Positions 1 to 9,174 of a DNA stretch of 49,025 nucleotides are shown here, in pieces; the stretch's first letter is position 1, and every line of letters begins with the position of its first letter. The translations under genes and the position numbers were made by a program. The stretch comes from Candidatus Magasanikiibacteriota bacterium (GTDB taxonomy: Bacteria > Patescibacteriota > Patescibacteriia > Magasanikbacterales > UBA922). The DNA lies in the NCBI GenBank assembly GCA_018651085.1, contig JABIEQ010000011.1, positions 133,598-182,622 on the forward strand. Direction: 5' to 3'. The notes under the pieces are model-generated. The model did not search any database. It was not told the DNA's origin and saw nothing but the letters and a program-made list of their open reading frames with translations.

Positions 1-878
1 CCTGCTCGTACACTGTAGGCTAATCCTTTCTTTTCTCTTATTTGTGTAAACAATCTTGAACTCATTGATCCTCCAAGAATAGTAGTAAGTACCCACAACA
101 CAGCATTCTTTTTTGAATTGTTATACGCAAATCCAGGCCAACCGAGCATTAATTGTGCTTGATCGGTTTTTTTATGTTCAACTTTAACTCTGTCACCTTT
201 TTTTGCTGAACAATATATTGCCGGTGCATATGTTTTTGACACCTTATTGGTATTTTTTTGCTTTCCGAAATATTTTTCTACCAATTCTTTTGTTTCTTCC
301 GTTACAGCTCCAGCAAGTACAATGGTCATGTTCTCTGGTTGATAGAATTTGTTTCTATACGAAATCACGTCTTTAGGAAGATAACTTAATACTCGCTTTT
401 CGTCTCCTGCTATATCAGTTCCTAATGCTCCTTCAAACATAACATTATCAAGCACTGATCCAATGTTCATGATTGGATTATCATTATACATGCGAATTTC
501 TTCAACAATCACGGTCTTTTCTTTTTCCATGTCTTTTTCTCGAAATACTGAACCAAAAAGCATGTCTGAGAGAATGTCTAATGCCGTTTCTGTGTATTTT
601 GCATCTGTTTTAATGTAATACCCAGTAGCTTCTTTTCCAGTAAAGGCATTATATTCTGCACCTAACCGATCAATTTCTCTTGTCAGTGTTAGGCTGTCTT
701 TTCGTTTCTTGGTTCCTTTGAACATCATGTGCTCAATGAAATGAGATACTCCAGCCATCTTTTTTGATTCATAACGTGATCCCACTGGATACATAATCAT
801 GGTTGTGATTGATTTTGTATCGTGCTGTGGTACCAAAATAATATTTGCGCGGTTTCCTAGTGAGTATTTTTCAAACAT
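1..878 (-). CDS. M16 family (pitrilysin/insulinase-like) zinc peptidase, truncated by the window edge
   Basis: Not in the ORF track. Manual translation from ATG at 878 gives MFEKYSLGNRANIILVPQHDTKSITTMIMYPVGSRYESKKMAGVSHFIEHMMFKGT, containing the inverted HxxEH zinc motif; starts 3 nt after the glyQS stop. Confidence 0.9.
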   Translation of the reverse strand, partial: MFEKYSLGNRANIILVPQHDTKSITTMIMYPVGSRYESKKMAGVSHFIEHMMFKGTKKRKDSLTLTREIDRLGAEYNAFTGKEATGYYIKTDAKYTETALDILSDMLFGSVFREKDMEKEKTVIVEEIRMYNDNPIMNIGSVLDNVMFEGALGTDIAGDEKRVLSYLPKDVISYRNKFYQPENMTIVLAGAVTEETKELVEKYFGKQKNTNKVSKTYAPAIYCSAKKGDRVKVEHKKTDQAQLMLGWPGFAYNNSKKNAVLWVLTTILGGSMSSRLFTQIREKKGLAYSVRA

Positions 879-881
879 AGA

Positions 882-2249
882 TTATACAGAAAATGCATCA
901 GTAAAAAATGAAGGGAGGTCTGTTATTGCGATTCGTTCTTGTTCCATAGTATCTCTATCTCGCACTGTTACTCGATGGTCTTCTAGACTCTCAAAGTCTA
1001 CAGTGACACAATATGGCGTACCTATTTGATCTTGGCGACGATATCGTTTTCCAATTGACCCTGTTTCGTCATATTGAGTCATATAATTATACCACAGTTT
1101 TTGTTGTATTTCTTTAGCTAACTTTTGAAGTGGTTCTTTTTTTGATAGTGGAAAAATAGCCATTTTTATTGGTGCAAGTGATTTATGAAATCGAAGGACG
1201 ACTTCCTTATCATGCTTTGACTGATCTGATCCATCTCGTTCATCATACGCGTCAGCAAGGAAGGCGAGAGTTGCTCGATCTGCTCCATCGGCTGTTTCAA
1301 TAATGTGTGGCGTAATTTTTTCTCCTGTTTCTTGATAAAAATACGTCAGATCTTGCCCACTAAACTCTTGGTGACGAGAAAGATCCCAATCTCCTCTATC
1401 ATGAATCCCAGCAAGCTCTTTAAATCCAAGCCCTGGGTAGTTATATTCAATGTCAGTTGCATTCTTTGCGTAGTGTGCTAACTCATCTGGTCTGTGATCA
1501 CGAAAACGAAGGTTCTCTTCTTTTATTCCAAGATCTTTATACCATTGCATCCGTAACTCTTTCCACATTTCAAATATATCTCCTTTTCCTTCTGGATGCA
1601 CAAAATATTGTTGTTCCATCTGTTCAAACTCACGTGTTCTAAACGTAAAGTTTCCTGGAGTAATTTCATTTCTAAATGATTTTCCAATTTGCGCGATTCC
1701 AAACGGTAGTTTTCTTCGCATACTTTGTTGTACATGCACAAAGTTGGTATAAATTCCTTGGCATGTCTCTGGTCGAAGGTAAATTTCATTTGCACTGTCT
1801 TCAAGTGGCCCCATGAATGTTTTAAACATGAGGTTAAAATTTCTTACTCCAGTTAACTCTCCTTCACAACTTGGGCACACCATATTATGTTTTTCCCAAG
1901 TTCCCGGTCTAAAATCTGGCTCAATTCCTTTGTCTTCAAGAAGATGATCAGCTCGCCATCTTTTTTTACATTTTTTACAATCAACAAGAGGATCGCTAAA
2001 TCCTTCAAGGTGACCACTTGCTTCCCAAACACGAGGGTGCATTAAAATTGCGGCATCAAGCCCTACTACATCACCTCTCATTTGTACCATAGCTTTCCAC
2101 CACGCTTTTTTTACATTATTTTTAAGTTCAACCCCAAGTGGACCATAATCATAACTACTTGAAAGTCCCCCATAAATTTCTGAAGATGGATAGATGAATC
2201 CTCGTTGTTTTGAGAGCGACACGATGTGCTCTAATGATGTTTTTTCCAT
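882..2249 (-). CDS. glyQS: Glycine--tRNA ligase, alpha2 (eukaryote/archaea-like) type
   Basis: SEIYGG, YDYGPLGVELKNN, YLRPETCQG, GKSFRNEITPGNFTFRTREFEQME motifs and C-terminal anticodon domain GSIGKRYRRQDQIGTP. Confidence 0.97.
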   Translation of the reverse strand: MEKTSLEHIVSLSKQRGFIYPSSEIYGGLSSSYDYGPLGVELKNNVKKAWWKAMVQMRGDVVGLDAAILMHPRVWEASGHLEGFSDPLVDCKKCKKRWRADHLLEDKGIEPDFRPGTWEKHNMVCPSCEGELTGVRNFNLMFKTFMGPLEDSANEIYLRPETCQGIYTNFVHVQQSMRRKLPFGIAQIGKSFRNEITPGNFTFRTREFEQMEQQYFVHPEGKGDIFEMWKELRMQWYKDLGIKEENLRFRDHRPDELAHYAKNATDIEYNYPGLGFKELAGIHDRGDWDLSRHQEFSGQDLTYFYQETGEKITPHIIETADGADRATLAFLADAYDERDGSDQSKHDKEVVLRFHKSLAPIKMAIFPLSKKEPLQKLAKEIQQKLWYNYMTQYDETGSIGKRYRRQDQIGTPYCVTVDFESLEDHRVTVRDRDTMEQERIAITDLPSFFTDAFSV

Positions 2250-2285
2250 ATGATATTGATGTTAAAATATCTATTTTTTTCTATT

Positions 2286-2310
2286 AAAAAAAGACAGCCT
2301 GTACTGTCTT
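2286..2310 (-). terminator. Intrinsic terminator (attenuator) of the T-box leader
   Basis: Minus strand AAGACAGU-ACAG-GCUGUCUU followed by U-tract; shares AAG with the 3' strand of the antiterminator. Confidence 0.85.
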
Positions 2311-2413
2311 GGGACCCCGAAGGGCGGTTCCACCCAAGTTCTTTTCCTTGAAAAGCACCTTGATGTGTTGTCTATCTCACTCCACAGACGCCACTCTGCT
2401 TCATAGTGAAGAT
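2286..2413 (-). ncRNA. Glycine-specific T-box riboswitch (transcriptional, ultrashort Stem I)
   Basis: Minus strand: AA-CUUGGG-UGGAACC-GCCC-UUCG-GGGU-CCCAAG antiterminator with the canonical 7-nt UGGNACC bulge; stem III CUUUUC/GAAAAG just 5' of it; short Stem I with a GGC (Gly) codon in its loop; overlapping terminator; directly upstream of glyQS. Confidence 0.9.
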
Positions 2414-2419
2414 AAGTCT

Positions 2420-2447
2420 ATTATACGCCTTTTTATATTAGTGTCAA
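2420..2447 (-). promoter_or_regulatory. sigma70 promoter for the T-box/glyQS transcript
   Basis: TTGACA (2447-2442), 16-nt spacer, TATAAT (2425-2420) on the minus strand. Confidence 0.85.
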
Positions 2448-2454
2448 TAGAGCC

Positions 2455-2904
2455 TTATTCTTGTGTTTCTTTTTCTAAAAGTAGAGTCACTGGCCCATCA
2501 TTTACTAAAGACACTTGCATATAGGCACCAAATACACCAGTTTCTACTTTTACATCAGCTTTTTTTAATCGTTCGACCATATATTCATAAAGTGGACGCG
2601 CGATATCTCCTTTTGCGGCATTTGTAAAACTTGGTCTGGTTCCTTTTTTTGCATTACCATAAAGAGTAAATTGTGATACCACTAAAATCTCCCCGTTGAT
2701 GTCTTTTATACTCTCATTTAATTTGCCTTCTTTATATGTAAATATTCTCAGCTTCAATATTTTTTCTACTAACCAATCTACATCATTTTTACTATCACTA
2801 TGCGTTATACCAAGAAATACTAAAACACCGTGAGAAATACTTCCCACAGTGTTATTATCTACTGTTACCTTAGCCTTTTGTACGCGTTGAATAAGTGCGC
2901 GCAT
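2455..2904 (-). CDS. dtd: D-aminoacyl-tRNA deacylase
   Basis: MRALIQRV start, SQFTL and NDGPVT signature motifs. Confidence 0.97.
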   Translation of the reverse strand: MRALIQRVQKAKVTVDNNTVGSISHGVLVFLGITHSDSKNDVDWLVEKILKLRIFTYKEGKLNESIKDINGEILVVSQFTLYGNAKKGTRPSFTNAAKGDIARPLYEYMVERLKKADVKVETGVFGAYMQVSLVNDGPVTLLLEKETQE

Positions 2905-2912
2905 AATTTTAT

Positions 2913-3464
2913 TTAGATGGTCGTAATTTCTTTTTCTTTTTCTTCTCCAATCTTTTTGATTTGTTCGTTATATTCTTTTGTTAGGGTGTCTAGTTCATCT
3001 TGGAAACCATATCGCTCATCTCCATTTATATCTTTCTCTTTTGCGGCTCGATCAATTTCTCCACGAATGTCTTCGCGAATTTTTCGTATGGTAATGCGAG
3101 TATTTTCTAACTTTTTATGAAGCACTTTTATAAGTTCCTGTCTTCGGTCAGCAGTAAGATCAGGAAGCGGTAAACGAATAACTTTTCCATCATTTACTGG
3201 ACTAATCCCTATGTCTGAATTTCTAATAGCATTTTCTATTACTTGCATGAGTGATTTGTCCCATGGGTCAACCGCTAATGTTTTGGCATCAGACACGGTA
3301 ATTGAAGCAACACTTTTAAGTGATTGCTTTGTGCCGTATGATTCCACTTTGATATCTTCAACAAGCGCTGGTGTTGCACGACCAGTTCTAAGACTCGTAA
3401 TATCTGTCTTTAAAAAGTCTATAGCTTTTATAAACTCTCCTTTTCTTTCATCAATAATGGTCAT
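2913..3464 (-). CDS. frr: Ribosome recycling factor
   Basis: LRTGRATP, V.PWDK, NDGKVIRLPLPDLT.DRR motifs; 183 aa. Confidence 0.96.
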   Translation of the reverse strand: MTIIDERKGEFIKAIDFLKTDITSLRTGRATPALVEDIKVESYGTKQSLKSVASITVSDAKTLAVDPWDKSLMQVIENAIRNSDIGISPVNDGKVIRLPLPDLTADRRQELIKVLHKKLENTRITIRKIREDIRGEIDRAAKEKDINGDERYGFQDELDTLTKEYNEQIKKIGEEKEKEITTI

Positions 3465-3470
3465 ATCTTT

Positions 3471-4556
3471 TTATTTATTTTCTGGTGGAACCGTCATACC
3501 AAGATATACGAACCCATCTTCTGGGTGAATCCGTAGTGCTGTTGGTACTTGCCCACTTGGTAATTTTTCTGTTTCCCAACTTTTAGCTCCATTTGTGGTT
3601 GCATAAAATGTGGAACGCGTTCCAATTGTGGCTGTAAAGTAAATTTCTTGATCATTTTTTGGATTAATAGCAAATCCATAGATCTTTGCACTTCCAGCAG
3701 GAGGATTAATAGAAAGCTCTTCCCATCGGTCTCCCCCGTCTTCGGTCACGAGAATACCATACTCTGACACCCAATACAAGACATTTTGCTTATATGGATG
3801 ATATACCATTCGACGATATTGTTTTGCCTGAGGGAATGATTTTATGTTATCTAATAGAGCGTCCCAGGTAACACCACCATCTCTTGATCGGAATAAGCCT
3901 TTCTTTTTTGATGCAATGTAGACCGTTTTTTCTACAAATGGATCAAAAATTACATTGTGTAGATTTGTCTTTTTAAATCGTACAAGCGTATCCCAACTTA
4001 CTCCCTCGTCAATACTTTGGTGGACCCCTCCATCACTGTCAACAAGCATGATTTGATATGGAGGAAATGGACTAAATGCGATTGATTGAACTCTTACCGT
4101 ACTTCGTGATTCACGATATACATTTTTCCATGAACGGGCACAATCAGATGATTTAAATACTGTACTTCCAACTGAAGCGTACATTGTACATTTATCCTTT
4201 GGATGAACCGCCATGGCATAGATGAAACCTGTATTTAATGGCGCTCCTACCCCTCGCCAGGTTTTTCCATTGTCATAGGTAAAAAATAATCCTTGTCCTC
4301 GTGTTGCCCAATACATAGTATCTGGATCTTGTGGATCACCTTCTAATCTATACACACTTGAGTTTGAAAGATCTTTATTTCCGTCAACGGTTGGTTCTGT
4401 GGCAATTTTTTTCCATTCTTCTCCTTGGCTTGTTGAGACAAACATTCCTGCACTTCCACTTGTGCCGCCTTCGTTAAATGATACACACCCTGCACCTAAA
4501 AAGATAAGGGCAGCTCCAATGAGGACACTTGTTTTAATATAGGTAGACGATGTCAT
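3471..4556 (-). CDS. Putative lipoprotein with Asp-box/BNR repeats (VPS10/YCF48-like beta-propeller)
   Basis: Signal peptide ending LGAG-C; repeated S/T-x-D-x-G-x-T/S-W boxes (TYDNGKTW, SIDEGVSW, SRDGGVTW, TEDGGDRW, TTNGAKSW). Start placed at MTSST (4556) rather than 4589. Confidence 0.8.
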   Translation of the reverse strand: MTSSTYIKTSVLIGAALIFLGAGCVSFNEGGTSGSAGMFVSTSQGEEWKKIATEPTVDGNKDLSNSSVYRLEGDPQDPDTMYWATRGQGLFFTYDNGKTWRGVGAPLNTGFIYAMAVHPKDKCTMYASVGSTVFKSSDCARSWKNVYRESRSTVRVQSIAFSPFPPYQIMLVDSDGGVHQSIDEGVSWDTLVRFKKTNLHNVIFDPFVEKTVYIASKKKGLFRSRDGGVTWDALLDNIKSFPQAKQYRRMVYHPYKQNVLYWVSEYGILVTEDGGDRWEELSINPPAGSAKIYGFAINPKNDQEIYFTATIGTRSTFYATTNGAKSWETEKLPSGQVPTALRIHPEDGFVYLGMTVPPENK

Positions 4557-4575
4557 AGTGTAAACATTATATAAC

Positions 4576-5523
4576 TTATGGAAATGCAATAAGAATTTCT
4601 TCTACTAATAATTTTGGGTGTACATTTTGTCGTAATCCTTCTTTTGCTTCAGTAATTCTTTTCGTCACGTTTAAAATATCCTTTATCGGTATTGATACTT
4701 GCGTATGTTTATGCACAGTATGCTCATGAAGTCCTGAATGTGTAAACAATGCATCTCGAAGTACCATTTCCCAAATAGATAGTGCTTCTACCAGTTTCCC
4801 TCTTGTTGAAATATGATCTGTTTTATCTCCAAATAATTCGTCTACAATACTCATTTTTTTATACAAGGGCTTTCCAATTAATGATACGCATCGATCTACT
4901 TCTTTTTTATATCCATTAAAGATCTCACTATCCTTTGCCCAAGATAATGCTAATCCAGGAAGTCCTCTTGCCATTTTGGCATAGATTCTTGAAAGATCAG
5001 TTTCAATATTTCTTTTTTCTAATGCTTGTTGTATTTTTGTTTCCTCCACTTCGTGAAGATATATTGATTGCACTCTTGAACGGATTGTTTGTGGAAGGGC
5101 CTCAACATCATGGGTTAGTAAAAATAGTATTGTATGTGCCGCTGGTTCTTCTAACGTTTTTAGTAATCCGTTTGCAGCATTTGCATTCATTTTTTCTGCG
5201 CCATCAATAATTGCTACTTTATACTTTCCAAGGTACGGGCGCTTATGCACATATGATCGTAATGTTCTTATCTGCTCAATATCTATATGTTTTTTAAGCT
5301 TCTCTGTCTTTTTGTTCACTTCTTGCGTAACAGTGACAATATCCGGATGTGTGTGTAGTTTTTGAATTGAACATTGAAGTATTTCCGCGACAATATGTTT
5401 GATGAGGGGGTGTTTTCCTACATGTTTAGGCCCTACAATTGCATATGCATGACTTAAAGACTCTTTTTCACTGAGTGCTTTAAAAAATGCTTGTGCCTTT
5501 TCGTGCCCAATAATCTCATCCAT
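4576..5523 (-). CDS. holB: DNA polymerase III subunit delta-prime
   Basis: HAYAIVGPKHVGK, HPD, AANGLLKTLEEP, TIRSR motifs. Confidence 0.92.
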   Translation of the reverse strand: MDEIIGHEKAQAFFKALSEKESLSHAYAIVGPKHVGKHPLIKHIVAEILQCSIQKLHTHPDIVTVTQEVNKKTEKLKKHIDIEQIRTLRSYVHKRPYLGKYKVAIIDGAEKMNANAANGLLKTLEEPAAHTILFLLTHDVEALPQTIRSRVQSIYLHEVEETKIQQALEKRNIETDLSRIYAKMARGLPGLALSWAKDSEIFNGYKKEVDRCVSLIGKPLYKKMSIVDELFGDKTDHISTRGKLVEALSIWEMVLRDALFTHSGLHEHTVHKHTQVSIPIKDILNVTKRITEAKEGLRQNVHPKLLVEEILIAFP

Positions 5524-5528
5524 ATGCT

Positions 5529-6659
5529 TTAGGATACCATGTTTTTTCCCTCACTTAAAGCAATGAAGGTTTCTTTTGCACAGGTAGCCCATGAAAATTG
5601 TTGTACATTTAAAAATCCTTTTTGCAGACATTCTTCTCGTTTTTCTTTATTATGTAGTGCCATTTCTATCCCTTTTGCAATATCTTCTTCACTTTTCACA
5701 TCTATATAAATAGCACCATCTTTGCCAACTTCTTCTAGACTTGATCCTTTTCCAGCAACCACAATCGTTCCACTTGCTTGCGCTTCAAGTATAGGGATAC
5801 CAAACCCTTCATATAGACTTGGGAACAAAAATACCGCTGCTTTTTTCATAAATAACATAAGATCATTGTCTTTTACCCAACCTAATTCATAGATATCTTT
5901 TTTGTACGGACTTTTTTCTATAGCTTCTTGTACTTTTTTGTAGCCATAGCCTGGTTTCCCAATAAGGACAAACTTTATGTCGTCATGTTGGTGAGCATCT
6001 TTATATATGGTAAACGCCTTAATCATTCTTGCGGTGTTTTTCTTTTGCTCGAGTCTTCCAACAGATAATATATATTTTGCACCTGTTCCATATATTTTTT
6101 GTACGTCCTTTTCACTTTTTTTGTCTTTTTTATTATAGACCTCGTTATAGCCATGATGAATGACATTAATATGGTCTGTTTTCTTTGGAGAAAATTTTTC
6201 TATTAATTCTTCTTTTGTAAATTGTGACGGTACAATAATCTTCCACAACTTTTTTAATGCTTTTTTAGGAATGTATGTTGAATACCACGCTTCAAAAAAA
6301 TTATAACTTTCTTTAAATGTACAAGCAGCAATGTCATGCACAGTCATCACTGTTTTTTTCGGATGAATCAACGGAAACACGTGTGCTGGTATCCATAATA
6401 CATCTGGTGCGTGTATTACCATTTCAATACTAAGACGCACTTGGGTCCAGAGTCTTTTGGGTGGCCAACGAAGCACTTTTTCTTCCCAATGCTTTGGTAA
6501 CACGGCGAGATCCCCTTGTAGAGGAGTATTTGTATATAAAACAACCCGAACAGTGTCGGGGATAATATGTTTCAAGTGCTCTATGGTGTGCCACGCATAC
6601 CACTCAACGCCGGTTTTTTGGGTATGGTTTGCACGTGATGCGTCAATCCCTATAACCAT
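5529..6659 (-). CDS. Glycosyltransferase family 4 (GT-B fold)
   Basis: IGIDASRA start, TVHD, VGRLEQKKN, FPSLYEGFGIPILEA motifs; start placed at 6659 to avoid overlap with mreB. Confidence 0.92.
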   Translation of the reverse strand: MVIGIDASRANHTQKTGVEWYAWHTIEHLKHIIPDTVRVVLYTNTPLQGDLAVLPKHWEEKVLRWPPKRLWTQVRLSIEMVIHAPDVLWIPAHVFPLIHPKKTVMTVHDIAACTFKESYNFFEAWYSTYIPKKALKKLWKIIVPSQFTKEELIEKFSPKKTDHINVIHHGYNEVYNKKDKKSEKDVQKIYGTGAKYILSVGRLEQKKNTARMIKAFTIYKDAHQHDDIKFVLIGKPGYGYKKVQEAIEKSPYKKDIYELGWVKDNDLMLFMKKAAVFLFPSLYEGFGIPILEAQASGTIVVAGKGSSLEEVGKDGAIYIDVKSEEDIAKGIEMALHNKEKREECLQKGFLNVQQFSWATCAKETFIALSEGKNMVS

Positions 6660-6660
6660 A

Positions 6661-7668
6661 TTATTTTGTTGCAAGAACGCTTCGTTTATAACTATCAAGA
6701 TTTTCTAAGGCAATGCCTGTTCCTTTCGCCACACAAAGCAATGGATCGTCAGCGAGGTAACATGCCACACCGGTTGCTTCTGTTATAAGTGTTTGAAGAT
6801 TTCTTAATTGGCTTGATCCTCCTGACATGATAATTCCTTTTTCCATGACGTCAGCTGAAAGTTCTGGAGGTGTTTCATGAAGGACATCTTTAATTGCTTG
6901 CACTAACCCTTCAAGATCGTGTTGCAATGCTTCTGTTGTATCGTCTGATGTTACAATAATTGTTTTTGGCAATCCTGAAATCATGTCTCGTCCTTTGACT
7001 TCCATTTCTAATGGATCGTCCATAAACATGGCTGACCCTACTTGAATTTTTACTTGTTCTGCTGATTGATCACCAATAGCTAATCCATATTTTCTTCTAA
7101 TATGCTCGGCGATTGATTGATCAAATCGTGTGCCTCCAATTCTTACTGATCCGCATGACACAATTCCTCCAAGAGAGATGACAGCAATTTCTGATGTTCC
7201 CCCTCCGATATCAATAATCATATGCCCTGAAGCACTTCCAATTGGAATATCCGCTCCAATGGCAGCAACGATGGGTTCTTTTATAATGTATGCGGCTCTT
7301 GCTCCTGCTGCCATCGCGGCATCAATCACCGCACGTCTTTCTGTTGATGTGATACCAGCAGGTACAGCAATCATCACTTCTGGACGAAATAACCGTACGC
7401 CACCAAGGGCTTTATTAATAAAGTATCGAAGCATGGCTTCTGTTGTTCTATAGTTTGCAATTACCCCATCTTTTAAAGGACGCTCAGCTCGAATTGAGTC
7501 AGGAGTTCTTCCAATCATTTCTTTTGCTTCAACCCCAACAGCCATGACTTTTTTATCTTCAGTAGAAATGGCAACAACGGAGGGTTCATTAATAACAATC
7601 CCTCGTTTTGGTAGATGGACAAGAACATTAGTTGTTCCAAGATCAATCGCTACTTTTTTTATCCACAT
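6661..7668 (-). CDS. mreB: Rod shape-determining protein MreB/Mbl
   Basis: IDLGTTN, NEPSVVA, RPLKDGVIA, DIGGGTSE, CVAKGTG motifs. Confidence 0.96.
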   Translation of the reverse strand: MWIKKVAIDLGTTNVLVHLPKRGIVINEPSVVAISTEDKKVMAVGVEAKEMIGRTPDSIRAERPLKDGVIANYRTTEAMLRYFINKALGGVRLFRPEVMIAVPAGITSTERRAVIDAAMAAGARAAYIIKEPIVAAIGADIPIGSASGHMIIDIGGGTSEIAVISLGGIVSCGSVRIGGTRFDQSIAEHIRRKYGLAIGDQSAEQVKIQVGSAMFMDDPLEMEVKGRDMISGLPKTIIVTSDDTTEALQHDLEGLVQAIKDVLHETPPELSADVMEKGIIMSGGSSQLRNLQTLITEATGVACYLADDPLLCVAKGTGIALENLDSYKRSVLATK

Positions 7669-7675
7669 ATCTTAC

Positions 7676-9169
7676 TTATTTACTTAACTCAATCGTAAAT
7701 TCTTGGTCTACTCGAAGATCCCTTTCTACTTCATAACTTGTGTCATGCCACTTATCTGGAGATTCTGGTGGTGTTGCAGCTTTTAATGTTGTACCAAAAT
7801 CAAGATGCGTGGTCAAACCAGCGAACGGTAGCCCTGACTGTTTTTGAACAAATAACGTATACACGCCGTTTTCTATTTCTGCTGTTATTTTTTTAGGAAG
7901 TTTATAGGTGAATGATAGTTCTCCTGTTTCACCAGGTTCAATTGATGTGAATGCTCCAAACCACTGCTTCCCGGCTTCTTGCCCTTCATCTATTTTCCCA
8001 ACTTCTTCTGTCCTGTCCCAAGCTAATGATCCCTTTGTTTCAATAAGCTCAGACCCTGTCGGTACAAATACTCGGGCATATGTTCTATACCGTGTTGTCC
8101 GCCAATCAAACGTACCATTATGAATATAGGTCATCTTTGCTGTTGCATATATTTCCCCGTCAGCTCTTTTTTCTAATGCATAGTCTAATGTTCTTTCTAT
8201 GGCATGATCTGTTTTTAATGCAGCAAGATTTGCATCGGTCCATAATAAATAATCTCCTTTTACATATTGTACTTTCCCTGACCAATCTTGTGCATCTAAT
8301 AATTGCTGTAAAGCATCATTATCTTTTGCATATACGAGAATATGTTTTTCTTCAAGAAGACTCAATATTGTTGGTACATACGTAGGAATCTGAGAAAAAA
8401 TATCACTTCCCAATTTATCCCCCAAGCGTTGCATAAATGGGCCAATAATCTGTTTTCTATTTTCAAAGCTTATGCCTCGTTTTTCATATCCATATTCTAC
8501 TTCGTACTCTAACGTTTCAGTAACGTTTGATTCGTCAAAGGTAATTCCATCAATGGTGATTGGCCCAGTTAGTCCAATGAATCGCTCAAGTACTGTTGGG
8601 GTAAAAGCTACTACCATATCTATTTCATCAGCTAACTTCCCATTTTCTCCTTTATAAAACGCTAAGGCTCTTTTACTGTTGTCAACAAAATCAGGTGACC
8701 AGTTACTGTCTCTAAAAAACCATCGATCAACATTTAGATGATCAAGGATTGGTTGTGGTGGCACAGGTTTCCACGCGGCTGGAGTTAATTTATCTAATAC
8801 TTCTGTTCCTTCTGTTTTTATAATTTCTATTTTTCCATTATGCATTCGAACAAGTGCATAGGTTCCAATGAATCCTCCACCTGGTCTCATTTCTGTATTA
8901 TTTTGAAATAAAAACAAATAGGTTACTGGTTTAGAAATTCCTGTGACATCTGCTAAAAACGGAACAAATGCACTGTACTCATCTGTCCCTGTTTGTTCTT
9001 CAATCGTATCTGCTATTTGATCTTGAATAAAGCTACTATTTAATACGTCTTCTACTGAAAATCGTGAAATAATGTTATACGCAATAACAATACATGTTAC
9101 AAACAACACAAAAAACATGATCATAATGTAGAGCCATAGCCTCGATTTTTTTCTTTTGTGTATCTGCAT
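7676..9169 (-). CDS. DUF4012 domain membrane-anchored protein
   Basis: N-terminal TM; YLFLFQNNTEMRPGGGFIG and RDSNWSPDF motifs typical of DUF4012. Confidence 0.8.
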   Translation of the reverse strand: MQIHKRKKSRLWLYIMIMFFVLFVTCIVIAYNIISRFSVEDVLNSSFIQDQIADTIEEQTGTDEYSAFVPFLADVTGISKPVTYLFLFQNNTEMRPGGGFIGTYALVRMHNGKIEIIKTEGTEVLDKLTPAAWKPVPPQPILDHLNVDRWFFRDSNWSPDFVDNSKRALAFYKGENGKLADEIDMVVAFTPTVLERFIGLTGPITIDGITFDESNVTETLEYEVEYGYEKRGISFENRKQIIGPFMQRLGDKLGSDIFSQIPTYVPTILSLLEEKHILVYAKDNDALQQLLDAQDWSGKVQYVKGDYLLWTDANLAALKTDHAIERTLDYALEKRADGEIYATAKMTYIHNGTFDWRTTRYRTYARVFVPTGSELIETKGSLAWDRTEEVGKIDEGQEAGKQWFGAFTSIEPGETGELSFTYKLPKKITAEIENGVYTLFVQKQSGLPFAGLTTHLDFGTTLKAATPPESPDKWHDTSYEVERDLRVDQEFTIELSK

Positions 9170-9174
9170 ATATG

